Shown: piece by piece, positions 10,651 to 24,197 of the stretch
Layout: every line of letters begins with the position of its first letter
Numbering within the stretch: the first letter of the stretch is position 1
From: Trichoplax adhaerens
Taxonomy: Eukaryota > Animalia > Placozoa
Length of the DNA stretch: 64,000 nt
Direction: 5' to 3'
Assembly: GCF_000150275.1 (NCBI RefSeq)
Contig: NW_002060944.1
Coordinates: forward strand, 5,927,102 to 5,991,101
The notes under the pieces: model-generated
Database searches by the model: none
Told to the model about the DNA's origin: nothing
The model's input: only the letters and a program-made list of their open reading frames with translations
Position numbers and translations under genes: made by a program

Positions 10651-11660
10651 GTACAAGTATACGTGTGCTTGATAAATTCCATTTCCAACATCAAAAAGTG
10701 TTTATTTTCGCATAGGTGTTCGTTTTCAATCCACACTCACTCAACTTGAAGATAAATACTATTTCAATTTATTGAATTTTTACCATCACCTATAAACTTT
10801 ACATGATTGTTAATGATACATCGATGCAACTGTTATCGTCTCTTACTATTGCCTCCGAAATTTTAATTGTCCTTGTTTTGTAACTACAGTACTGTATGTG
10901 TTCCTGGAAGATAAATAATTAAGTATGTGTAAAATACGATCTTTACATCCTTTAAAGCACGATCCGTAAAGGCTTTTTTTACCTCTATGGTATGATCCTT
11001 GTTAATAGATACAGACTGTAGTAAATTTTGTCATTATCCAGAATTGACTTTTCTATTATAAGCTACGCTAAAGGCTACCTTTTTCAAGATCAAAATGTTA
11101 TTATCGCTGCGTTAGTGCCTTCGACTACAGTACTGTTACTTGTAGTTGTACTGCATATGAGTGTTATAGATAATGTCGGGTAATGAATAGTATCGAAACT
11201 ATCCGGGTAGCAACAGCAATTAGATAATAGCTAAGATCAGTCCTACTAGGAGAATTAGGGGATAACACCAATACTATCCTGGATACCTCTAATGCTATCC
11301 ATAAACCGATATTACACATAACATACCAGTAATCGATTGTACTGTTAGCGTATAGTTATCTGAGATTAATTATGGATATCATGCTTCAATTAGTATTACA
11401 GTAGATTCAGTTAATTAACACTATTCAAACATTAGAATAGAGTAATAGAAATCAACAATATGTAGCTACGAACAGCTACTAACGTTAATTTATGTACAGT
11501 ATGTACGCCCATAATGCTAAAAGTCGCTCCGTATGGCAAACCTTACCTTCAGGATTTAGGGCTACCACTTACAATATCTTTTTGTACGCATGTTCGCTGT
11601 AAATAGACAAATGTTATAATTAGCTTAAGACTAAAAATGCATGCTTGTTGGTATCAACAG

Positions 11661-12058
11661 GACCTCATTCGATCACCGAGGCTTAAGCAGGAAGAAATAG
11701 AAATGAATCAACAAGATGATGCTTCTACGTCTAGCCAAATCGGTACAAAATTGTCAATAATATACATATAGCATGTTTATAGGATATTTACTCTACTGTA
11801 AATGAAGCCTGTCTTCTAAGATGATTACTCATAAGCTGACTTTAGCTATTCCTTGATTAAGTATCTCTCCGTGCTGATTTCTAAAACTACAATAGATGAT
11901 ATTATCTCGTAGTCATAAATCAATTTATGATAATAGCTCAAGATACAGAAATGCTCAAATGGGCTACGGTATTTTATTAATTATATACCTATGTAATACT
12001 CATCATTTCAGTCATCTATCTTTGGTCTGGTATTTAGACTATAACCATGATTAATAGG

Positions 12059-12090
<32 letters not shown>

Positions 12091-13729
12091 CTGTATAAGG
12101 AATGTTGCTAAATGCCTGTGTAATAAATATGTAAAATATCCTACAGTTTTTACCATAATGTTACAAACTTATAGATATTGCACACAGTAATAACATTTAA
12201 TTTGTTATTGTACTAGCATTGCTAACTAAATGTATAAGAAATAATAGTTAATTGATACCATTTAATATGAAACGTGAAATAATATCAAATCACGTTGTAA
12301 TCGTTGCTATAAATCGATTCCAAAGTAACTACTCCTTTTTTATACAAAATCTGACGTATGTAGTGGATCCTTATTTTACTGATCAACATGGAGATGATCT
12401 GAATGATGATGACGAGCAAGATGTTCAAGACCCTTTAGAAAGGAAACGGACGGCACACTCAATTGCTGAACAGAAGCGACGGGATGCGATTAAGGTTGGT
12501 TAAATTCAAAAATTTTCGTCCCCTGATATAAACATAATCACTTACAATCTTCTTCTATATAAAAGCATGCAACTGTTATTCCTTTACTCTTTGAAAAATC
12601 TAAAATTTAATATATTAAACAAAATAGAAAGGGTTTGAAGATTTACAAACGCTTTTACCAACGCTTCGAAATAGCAGCAACGCCGGACAAAAACATAGCA
12701 AAGCAATCATATTACAACGGGGTAAATTAGAAAAATTATTACCCGATAAACATCATCGATAATTAAGATATAAAAGTAAATCTTCACATTGCTTATCATA
12801 TCATTCTGTTTAACAAACGAAATAATTAGCCGTAGAGTATCTACAGTATTTAACTGAAGATAGAAGAAAATTACACGAACAATTAGATCAATTTCGAAAA
12901 GAAGTTATGGCCTTGGAAATTATGAAAACGTAATGCTGTGATAAAACTGTGATAATTATAAATTCACTATGTTGATGGAATTGACAGAGCTAAAATATTG
13001 ATCAATTAACTGTTAATAATAATTCCTCTGTTGATTAGAAACTACGAACAAATTGCTCGAGTACATAATCAGGTAAAATTTTATGCTTACTTGCTATATA
13101 TTCATGAATATCCTAGTAGTAGTGTACGTATATACACGGGTTAACTATTTAATTTAAACCTACTATGCAATCTTTTGTATACTCGAAACATTCACATATA
13201 TTCTAACTGATTAATCATTCATATTTTACTTCTTTCAGCCACAACAAGAGAGTGGTATCACTGATGAAGAGCAATTTGATGCGGTAAAGCTTGGCTTAGG
13301 ATGATATTGTAGAATTTCAAGCACCATTTACAGATATGATGATGTATACAATACACTATCCTTTCTTGTCTAATAAACTAATATTTTAATTCTTTTTGAT
13401 TCTTGTCATCGTGATGCACCAAACCTGCACAGTTCAAGAGTATTATGGATACACAGTTTCAAAGTTTCGATAGTTCGGTCAATTTAAGTAATTTCGAAGC
13501 TTTATCTGGTAGCATAATTAATTGGTTGGAATCAAGTTGGAAACCTGAAGTAGGTTTCGTAATTTTAATATGTATAATGAATTATTGGCTTTGCATTTTC
13601 TTTGGACTAAAAAATTGTATCCTATGCTATATAAAAATTCTACAATTATAGATGATGCAGAACGCGTTGGCTAACTCTCTACGAGCAATGAATGAACCAG
13701 ACCATTTCAAAACCAATCGACCATCATGA
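11661..13729 (+). CDS. MLX: Max-like protein X (bHLH-ZIP with C-terminal DCD domain); start uncertain
   Basis: Exons ~11661-11742, 12364-12494, 12628-12721, 12830-12929, 13040-13071, 13239-13283, 13433-13550, 13652-13729. They encode RKRTAHSIAEQKRRDAIK/KGFEDLQTLLP...SKAIILQRAVEYLQYL...LEIMKTNYEQI...FKSIMDTQFQSF...INWLESSWKPE. Start could be the ATG at 11703 or a lone accATG|gt exon at 10344. Confidence 0.9.
12067..12090. repeat. (TA)n microsatellite; similar tracts near 18492-18514 and 36508-36558
   Basis: Direct reading of the sequence. Confidence 0.9.
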
Positions 13730-14508
13730 CACCTGTATGAAATTCGATTGCGATAAATGTCTAAATAACATAAAGAGGGCATCACCAACGATTTTTATAC
13801 GAAACTTTTAACTATAAATTAATAATTGATGACATTTTGCACGTCACTAATAACGCTACGTGTATATCCTATTCTTGCGTATACTTGTAGCGATGAATCA
13901 GAAGAAGAACAAAAGTTACTTAGCATGTTTAAGTGACGTACGAGAAGGAGCGCATTCTATTTTCATGATTCGATACACCCTTAAAGATGACGTAGCCATC
14001 TGGTTTTATTGACAATTGAACTATTAGTCTACTTTAATTGTTACATTTGATGGTTCAATTGCCAACAAAATATTCAAAAGATTTCCCTGCTAACTTTTTA
14101 AATATCTTTCGAATATAATTTTTAAAAGTTAGCTATTGTAATTTGTAGCTACCAAACGAAATATTTACGTAAATATGTTTATATTCTATTAATCTCGCAA
14201 CAGTTTCGTTAAATAACCTAGCTCCATCGATTATTTACTCTATTACCAGTAACATTGCTAAAGCTGTATCACATTAATACACTTATATATTATAATACTC
14301 TAATAAGATAAATTGACATAACCTTAATGTTACCGTAAACTCTTACCCTTTACTTCAAAATGAATTTTAACTACGGTATTATGGTTGCATATTATCAATT
14401 TTTATATCTAGCTCAATCTACTTTAATTTTTCACGTGAAAATAGTTTGTTGACAAGTTTATATCAACCTCTATCGCACTTTGTTGTGTAATGTATGTATG
14501 ACATTAAA

Positions 14509-17500
14509 TCAGAATAATTTATCATTCAGCAAAATCAGATTCTCAACAACAAGGCGTTGGCTTCTCATGTCGGTTAAATTTCGCCACCCTTCCTCGCTGA
14601 TTGGTGTTTTCATAATCGAAGGACCAAATACTACGCCAAGGTTACTTGCACTCATCAAATTTTTATCTTCGTGTTTGATAACTCTGTAATACATTTGTGA
14701 TATTGCAGCACTGATTATCTTTATTGCTTTAAATAGTAACTAAGATGTCATACGTTTATCTTTATTACCGTATATAATACGATCTATTATTTATAGTTCC
14801 AGCATATGGATACTAAAATATCTTTCTGTATATATATAACGTTAAGTTTTCATTGCGAGTGTATTTTACCAGCTTGTTATAGCTTACCTATTTAAGTGTT
14901 GAACTAAGTGCTTTAACATATCGTAATGGGCAGGCGGAAGAGCCGACAATAACTGTTTCAATGTATTGACTTTATCTATTTCATGTTTCATATCTATCGC
15001 AAAATTTCCATAATGAGCGTTATCATAATTATATTAACGACTCATTGATAAGAAATTCTTAACTTCAAAATATCGCATTAAAATATCACTTGAAAAAAGA
15101 CCTGCCAGAATTTTCTTATCTACAATGAGTTGCCACATGATGTAATGATAAATTTTTACATACCCACTATTTCGATAAAGGCATTGTACTGATGGTAAGG
15201 AATCAAAGGTACAGGCAATTCTCGAAGGTATAATTTTAGAAGACTAGTTATAACCTGAATATGAGGATATAACTGCGGTGTCAATTCGACCTTGGTATCG
15301 TCTTCAGTTTGCAAGATCAGGAGAAATTAATTATTAAGCAGTGATCAATATCATAATGCATAAAGTCAATCATTACTTAACCAATCCTGTCTGATATCAA
15401 AAATTAACATTATGCTCGAAAGATAATTTATAATACAATCAAAGTCTATATGCACTTAAAGGTGATATACCAAGATCATAGAACTACTCTGATTTATGTT
15501 ATATTTCCCTTCACGTCGTGACAGTATGGATCTTGCTACAATCTCACTTACGCATACATAAAATCAACACTATCTATGGCAATCGGATATTTAAATCTGA
15601 GCTAAATATCCTTTGTGGAATATTATTCAAATTTCATTACCTTCATCAAATTTGCTCTTAAGTATCTTTACATCCGTTGCAGAGCCAGGCTCTCTGTACA
15701 ACCCTTCAGTATCGATCCCTTGTTTTTAAAATTATAAATGAGGAATGTAAAATAATGGCGAAAAAGTTTACAGCATTTTCAATTATGCTTGTGTATATAC
15801 TTGTATAAGAAAAAAGTTTTCTACTACAAACACTTAGGATAGTAAAAGAGACGAAATTTTATATCGCATTCTATTCTCAAACAAATTTTCTGGTTGCAAA
15901 AGAATAAAATTCTACGTATTTTAACTCATTTTACCCCAGCTTTCAACAGCTTCCACACATTTATCAAAAACTAGCGGGCGAGGAGTATTGGTCAAGCTTA
16001 GTAAGGCAGTTAAATCAATTCCAAATACTATTTAATAAGTAAAATCAGTAGTAAATAATAAAAATATGCATTGGCCAGTCAGCGTCGTTCTATGTTCATT
16101 AAATAACTGGATTCCTGTCGAACGCTCGATCTGTACCTCGATTTGAAGTCTTTTTAGGTGTGCAGCCGGTAATCACTCTGTTAATACATTGCTTATGAAC
16201 GCAGTATCCACATTCTGGATTCATTATAAAAAATTGAGTCCGATTTTAAAATAATATTAGGAATAGAAACCAAAATCGAACTAGTATCTAGATGATTATA
16301 CAGATACAGGTCATAATACTTTATGGTAATGTCATGTTATGAACGTTGAAGATGCCTAATATACAGTAATATATGCAGCTGATAGTGATAGTAGAATCAG
16401 TACACACTGTGAAAGTTTAATGATAGAAAACAGTATTCTAGATTCTATTACTTTTGCATCTTGCTCCTTGTTGCTTTAGCCCCCACATGAAATTTCGACA
16501 ATAATCACACCAATGAAAGCCAACAAAGCTCATCATCTACGTATATATATGATGTAAAAATTCATATCAAGCAGTTAAGATTGCCTGTAATGATGCAACT
16601 ATTGATATATATCTAGTGCAATATAGACCTTAAATTTGTGGCTCTCGCTTGATAGAAGAACAGTTTTCTATTAAAATAACGATTATTCGCAATATTATGA
16701 TTATAATTTTTGATTTAAATCGCTCGAGACCACAATTATGGTGGAAGTAAAATAAATTAGCTTGGTTATCATGGACCTTTTCAGTCATTCCTTCAATACT
16801 GGCATTACTGGCAGTACTTGTATTTCTTTTCTTGTCCATCGTTGATTTGCCATCGACGTTATCTACTTGAAAGAAAATTTAGTGATAAATTTCATCCTTG
16901 TCTTTAACAGTTGACAAGCCATAGATAATACTCCCATAGTAACAGAAATCGCTTTGATAGAATAGATAGCACTAGAGCTTTAGATGCTTGAGAAGTTGTA
17001 GGTATAACATAGCCCTCCTCTCAGGTATTACTGTTAATACTACATATAACTGCGGTAGCCATTCTATATCCGAATTTCATATGTATATTTATTAAAGAAT
17101 TTTGAAACGCAGAAATTTAATGGATGTTAAGACTCATATCGTAGAAAATAATACATAAGATTTCATTAATAAAGCTAGATTTGACCAACTAGTGTTATAA
17201 TATCATAGTATGATTGTGGAATCAATAACTTATAAAATTTATGATTTCTGTACCTGCTTCAGAGCCTTTAAAATCTGTCCAACCAAACAGCCTATCAATA
17301 TAATTTCTACCTTTCGTTGTAACATAGAGCGATATTAAGCCATCTTCAACCAGGTCATAAACAGTGTCATATTTCTTCTCATCTATATTACGAAATAATT
17401 TAATAGTTATAGACCTTCATGAAACTCATTAACTAAGCCGTTATTTATGAGATAATGCTATTACAAATATCCTATTTCGGGTGATCATTTTACTCGTAAA

Positions 17501-18829
17501 CTATGCTTTTAAATAATTCAGTACTGACAAATTCAATATTAATACAATATCCATCGCTTTAAATCACCAAAATAGTGTGTGATAAAAACATAAATAAGAT
17601 TGAGAAGTTCTTTACCTATGAAATGGTGTGAGCCATCGAAATATAGTCGATAATGTTTCACTTCTTTAAACAACCTAGTTTTAATCAAGAATAGCAGTAA
17701 ATACCTTGTAATACAGTAAAATGAATTAATAAAAGGGTAATATCTATAAATGCCAAGATTGTACCATGATATAAATTTTGAACAGCTGCAATAACCTTGT
17801 GCTACCATATAAATTAAGTAAACAATACTGAAAACGAGAACGATGACAACAGCTATCTTACTTGAATGAAAGAGAATAGTTTCCTAAACTTTTAAGGCTT
17901 TCTCTTACTAAGTAAAATCCATCTCGAAGCAGTAGTTTATTCGTATCTTCTCTAGCAATGGCACCATGATATCTAATAATCAATTTTAAAGTTAGCCTGT
18001 GTCTTACCACAATAAACTTTATATAATTTCAGTTATTTCATCAAAATTTCTTAGGTCTAGCATTTGAAGTTAACGAATTGAAAAGCTCTCAAGAAACATG
18101 ACGAATAGCTTTAGCTTAGAACAAAGTAACGCGATGAATCACTAAGTAAGATTATTTTAGAGATTAAGAGTTCGATGTGGTAAATTCAAAAATTTACGTT
18201 GCCAGGAGATATTTTATTCCACTTGATCTTTAGGTACTAAATATCATTAGCTATAGTATATGATAGTTAGTGTAGCAATTTAACTTAAGCCTCAGCTACG
18301 AATTCAACAGTGATATCTTAAAGACAATGATAAATGTTAACTAAAATTAGTATTATTAAGGCGTTCTGTATCGTTGATACCAAAGTCTATACTGTAACGC
18401 ATTTGAACTTACTCATTTCCGTAGTGAAGAGGCATTTCTTGCTAATAAATCGATTGTCGAATATGAAAGTAAATCAGATAGTTAATAGAAGTATATATAT
18501 ATATATATATATATAGTTAGGCAGTCTAGCTATCAAAGATAAATATAATTGATAGTTAATTAAATGTAATCGTTTAAATCAGAAACCTGTCTTAAACAAG
18601 CTACTGGGTGTGGCTTTGGAGCCTCCATTTGCAACTGGCAGACTTTGCAATATTGAAAACATTTAAGGTGCCAGAGAATTAATTAATTAATCAATTAATA
18701 TCAAGGCTTAATTTTTCTATACAGATCCTATCGTTCTAGTAATAAATAGTGATGCGTCTGTCAGTTTTATTCTTAAAATCGAATTAAAGACTTACGGTAA
18801 GACATCCAATGGGTGTTATCTTCTTCCAT
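14509..18829 (-). CDS. CHN1: Chimaerin (SH2 - C1 - RacGAP)
   Basis: SH2 (YHGAIARE...GFYLVRES; [10 protein letters not shown]), C1 ([31 protein letters not shown]), RhoGAP with arginine finger (GLYREPG; LYLRELP.PLIPY; [17 protein letters not shown]). CHN1 versus CHN2 cannot be resolved and the 5' end is uncertain. Confidence 0.92.
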
Positions 18830-21800
18830 ATCAATTTCTAATAGAAATTAACATAGGAAAAAATATGAATTGAAGTATGATACTTGATGAAGGTTACACA
18901 GAAGGCAACAACTTATTCGGTCATAGTTATTACTGAATAAAACATGGAGGGATCTAGGCTTCTATTAGCTGAACTTTTATAGCAAGAAATCAAATTGAAA
19001 ATCTATCTTTGGGACTATCTTTAGTATAATACAGAAACTAGCAGGTAAAAAATGAATCGATAATTTTGAACTATGAGGGATTTCCTCTAGCATAACGAAG
19101 CCTAATTGTCGAAAGTAAATATACAGAAATCACGAGTATGAACGATTATGGCTGTAAAATGTTAATGAGATAGATAAATAAAATAGAATAAAGAATATAA
19201 TTCCTTCTAATTATCCAATATAAATCTACGATCGATTATTTCTAACCTTGATTATTCGCCTAAAGGCATGTTAAAAAAATGACCATAATGAATATGAGTC
19301 ATACGAAGAGGAAACAATTCCCAGATATCGTGATGTAATCCAATACATTAAAATAGAGACCGGGAAGAAAATTAATACATGAAAATTATTTAATTTGTCG
19401 ATTAGATGCTACTCTAATATTATAATTGAGTTAATATGATCTTATGAAGTATTTCAGCACTAATGCAACTCATTTTGCTAACGTACGGTGGAAAGACTTT
19501 CAAACACCAAATTACAATATTCTTAGGACTTCAAAGACGAAACACTGCTAAAACTAATGTGAAAATTATATAATGGAATAGAAACTATCGATTTCTCTTA
19601 TTTTTATCTATCTATTCGAATTGTAAGCATTAATCCTGATGGATAGACGAGTTTAATTCAACTGAAAGAGTTAACTATTACTGCAATTTTACAGAATATT
19701 CCTTTAGTATATCCTGTAACATTGAGTCACTGATGTATCATTGCGCATAGGTCGGTCTAGAGATAATTTGATCAAGTCATCTTTCACGTTATTAAAAATA
19801 AATTTATATACCATATCAACGTCATCCAGAGACTTGTTATTATCCATGATATCGACGAAAAATGATGAATCGTTTAAGTTCTTTAATAATGCAAATAATA
19901 ACTGATTTATTCTATATCAATGCTATAACAAGTAATGCCTTATGAACAATTAATGGCGAAGATTTGAACTATTGTTACTGTTTAGTATATTAAGCTATAG
20001 TCTTAAGTATGTCATGTACAGCATATCGTGTGCACCCTATCATGAATTTGTAGCAACTCCACCATTGCAGCATGGGTATATTTTTTAAGCCAATTAGAAT
20101 ATCTGAATTCTCATTATGAATCTTAAAAAAATTTTAATAAGATTCAACTTGTTGATGTTAACGTAGGCTAACTGGCCTGTGCCACTTATGATGTGATATT
20201 TTTACATGCTAATAATATCCAGCTACTGATTTCGGACTTTACAATTCATAAATGTAAAAAAACTTCAACTTTATGCCACTTTGTTATGATAAAACAGTAG
20301 GGTATATTTATGTTTATAAAATTTAGAAAATTGGGTATATCATTCTAAAACTAGGAGGAGGAGCAATCTCATCACGAGAACGCACAGTCATCTGATTTTA
20401 TTTAGCATACCCAGGTCATTATCGTAATATTGTAATGGTTTACCGTATTGATGGTATGATGGTATTTTTCATAATATTCTAATGACTCACCATAATGATA
20501 GTATTATTCCTAATATTGAAATTACACAACCAAAAATTGCATTCCCATATTCTTCTGGGTATACACATATACTATATACGGTCAGGATATGCATAAAGGA
20601 AGCCATATACCACTAATGCTTTGCTAAATCTAAAAGTTGATCGATATAATATAGCATGCCATTTCGATTAATTTTATGCAAATATTTATGAGCACAGTTG
20701 TTTATCTAAGGGATTCAAGTTACATAAAAGAAGGATGAAAAGGCTCAGGATGCGTACATACGCTAATTGTTTTTAAGCGAATCGCTCAAACTATGTCATA
20801 CTAATATAGTTATATTATAACTGAATCTCTGGTGTGTAGTATTAATTCTTTTGGTATTTTAATTTAAGGCATGAAACATACATTTTTGAATGCTATAAAA
20901 GTAATCATCAGGCCATAAAATTCCTAGATTAATAATTTATGTGTTATAACTCTGTATGGTGACATGTCATATTATTTTCATTGCAATCATATTACATAAT
21001 TGTTTAGACCTATTATACGAGAAAAATTAGTTTATTTTTGCTTCTACTGAATGGTATGGAATACCAAATCATCTATGAAAACATACTGCTATCAAGAATA
21101 GTTGAATATCATTTCTTTGGTATGGGAATATCAGTGCTATAGAATGACAAATTAATGATACCTAAAAGATTTTTCTCAATAACGAGCTAAACATGCTCTA
21201 CGAGGTTGCTAAATTATAATGGAGACTATGAAAACATTAAAGAACTTTCTTAAGGCCTTTGATTAGTAATGGAAATGTAGTATCATCACGTTTAGAAAGT
21301 GTATATTATACGTATTATTAAATTGGCTTCATATTAAAATTATGTAATTATAACAGTTTTGATAAATCTTTTTGACCATACCTAATACATATCATAGATC
21401 ATAAAATATGTAGTCTATAGTAACCTAAATTGTTTACATATTAAAATTTAATTGCAACCAATTTGAATTGAATTTATTGTCATCATAATCATAAACTTAC
21501 ATGATGCTTGATCAATGTACACATAAGAACCAACACTTACAATAGCCCTTAACTCCCCTTTTTATGCCACAAATGATAATGATGAATAAATAGCGTAAAG
21601 ATCGCAAATAGTTTTATTTCTATTGTAGCTATAGTACTTATATTAATTATTAACAAGCTATGCCATGCATTTGAGAAAAAACATAACGTCCTTAATTTAT
21701 TAATTTGGAATTCATGAATTCAACAATTTAAAGAGCGCTTCCAGGAAAAAGGCTGTTACTTAAAAATTAACTGTTTAAACAAGTTTATAGAATTAAAAGG

Positions 21801-22779
21801 CAAGTCTATTTTGGATACAATGGTAAAATTTCTTTGATGTTGTAAATTTACAACTGCAAAATTTCTAAAAATTACGGTCTTACTGTATTCTTCAAACTGT
21901 TATATTAGTTCATAAAGTGTATTATGAGAATATCATGAACCGCATCTGATAAAAAGACATGTCCAATCTAAGATATATCTTCAGGTCGAGAGATAATTTA
22001 AAAAACATTTTTTGTAAATCTACGTGACTATAAGATATACTCGTATTATTAAGAAATAATTTATAGTTAGGCAAAAAAATAGTTTATTGAAGTCGTTATT
22101 CTTATAATACCATTAATACATTTTCAAACTCATGTTTAAGCAAATCTGTAAGTTCAAATCGCGAGAACAAGCAGTTATTAGTCGCTTTTTTCATATAGTG
22201 TACAGTTTTCTGGGCATAACATTAGCTATTCACCTAATACCTTCTCAATCCATTTATCGTTCGAGATTGCTACAACGATGATTTATAAGCGTTTTCTGAT
22301 TCTAATATTTTCAAATGCCGCAAGAACGCAATCTTATGTATTGATATAAATAGTATCGCTTTTTATAAGAATAAAACCGGTTAAAAATTGTAATTATACG
22401 AATGACTTACTTAACAACGGACTCAAAGGAAAACATTTCATTTTAAGTCAAAAGATAATATATCACGCGAACACAACGCATACTCGTATGTGCAATACCT
22501 ATGTTTGATGATCATTCCTAAATACAAAATAAACAAATAATACAATATATTTATTCTATGGGCTTGATGCATCATTGTGCCTATCTCGCACTAGGAAGAG
22601 ATTTCTATATAGTATGATAACCTAATTATGAATTTTCTGTCGATGTAATGCCTTACGTAGAATATATTTCCGTTCATCGATTGGGTATTAAATTAGTATT
22701 GAATATAATTGGAGTAATTCTGCAGAACGTCTAAATGTCCCTGCTTCTGTTTTAATAGGTTGGGTGGGTGCTGGGTGTG

Positions 22780-22930
22780 GCAGTGATGTACAGTACAGTG
22801 TCCAGTACAGTACTGTACATTGTACAGTAGCGCATAGTACTGTACTGTACTGTACTGTAAAGCGTACAATTGCACTGTGCGACGTGAGTGAGTGATTGTG
22901 CGCAGTACAGCGTACAGCATAGAGATACAG
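22780..22930. promoter_or_regulatory. Fold-back CAGTA/TACTG pentamer array between the divergent chimaerin and nucleoside hydrolase genes
   Basis: gtacagtacagtgtccagtacagtactgtacattgtacagtagcgcatagtactgtactgtactgtactgt lies 60-200 bp upstream of the ATG at 22988. Confidence 0.6.
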
Positions 22931-22987
22931 CATAATAAGAAAACCTCTTCCTGTACACTGCTTGAAGGATTAGTTTGGCAATTAAAG

Positions 22988-24197
22988 ATGTCAGAAATTG
23001 AATCATTGACGACTGGAAAAACTTTGCTTTTGGATACCGATGCCGGTATTGATGATGCTCATGCTTTAATGGTTGCATTAACTCATGATAATTGCCGTGA
23101 GGTTGTTGGCGTTACATGTACTTACGGTAATTGTTTAGTCGATCAAGTTGTTAAAAATGTTAGCTATATTTTACAGCAGTATGATAAAAAGATTCCGGTT
23201 TATAAAGGAGCACAAACATCCCTAATGCGAACATATGAAAATTTAGTTTTTCATGGCCAAGATGGTCTTGGCGATATTGAGCATCGTTGTGATGACAAGG
23301 AATGGATAGATAGTTTGTTGCAATCAGAGCATGGTGCAATAGCTATGATTAATTTAAGTAAAAAATACGAAAAACAAATCACTTTGATAGCTATTGGACC
23401 ATTGACGAATCTTGCATTGGCGTGCAGGATTGATGGGAATTTTCCCTCAAGACTGAAAGAATTGATTATTATGGGAGGTAATCATACAGGTAGGAGATAT
23501 TATGTATGCCCACACTACTATACATCTATACTCTAGAATGACTCTGAGTAGATCAGCATACGCTTGATTAGCTAAGCTAACTTTGATAATCATTCATGCA
23601 TCTGAACATAGATTCTTTGTGCCCTAATTTTCTCTGATTAATTAATGGACTAATAATATAATTATAAATAATTAATTTGAAAACATTGTTCTGATTTCAA
23701 TTTTAGCTTTGGGTAATGCTACATCAACGGGAGAATTTAACTTTGTCGTCGATCCGGAAGCGGCTGCCATAGTTTTAGATGAATTTCCGAGATTCTGTCC
23801 CGTTAAGGTTGTACCTTTAGAAGTTACTCTTGTTTCTAGCATCGAATTGGATTGGATTTCCGACATATGGCTTAAACAAGATTCCCCAAGAGCTACATTG
23901 AATCGAGATATGATGAAAAACTTCCTGAATAAGATGAAAGCAGAGAAACGGGAGGGTTATCCAGCCTGGGATGTGCTAGCTGTTGCTGCAGCCTTGCAAC
24001 CAAATTTTATTCGTGATAGTTTCAAGAACTTTATGACAGTAGAGCTCCATGGCAGCAGGACGAGAGGGCAAGGTGTTATAGATCGAAAGACGAAATGTGA
24101 TTACCCAGTTGAAATAATTACAAAAGTTGATAGGGAAATGCTACGGCAGATGCTTTATAAATCGACCATGCCAGCGGAAAATCATGGTAGCTCATAG
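22988..24197 (+). CDS. Nucleoside hydrolase (IU-NH fold), 2 exons
   Basis: Exons 22988-23489 and 23707-24197 (phase-1 GT-AG intron). Motifs DTDAGIDDA (DxDxxxDD Ca2+ site), GN, HGQDGLGD, AIGPLTNLALA, IMGG, EFNFVVDPEAA, VELHGSRTRG. Confidence 0.95.
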
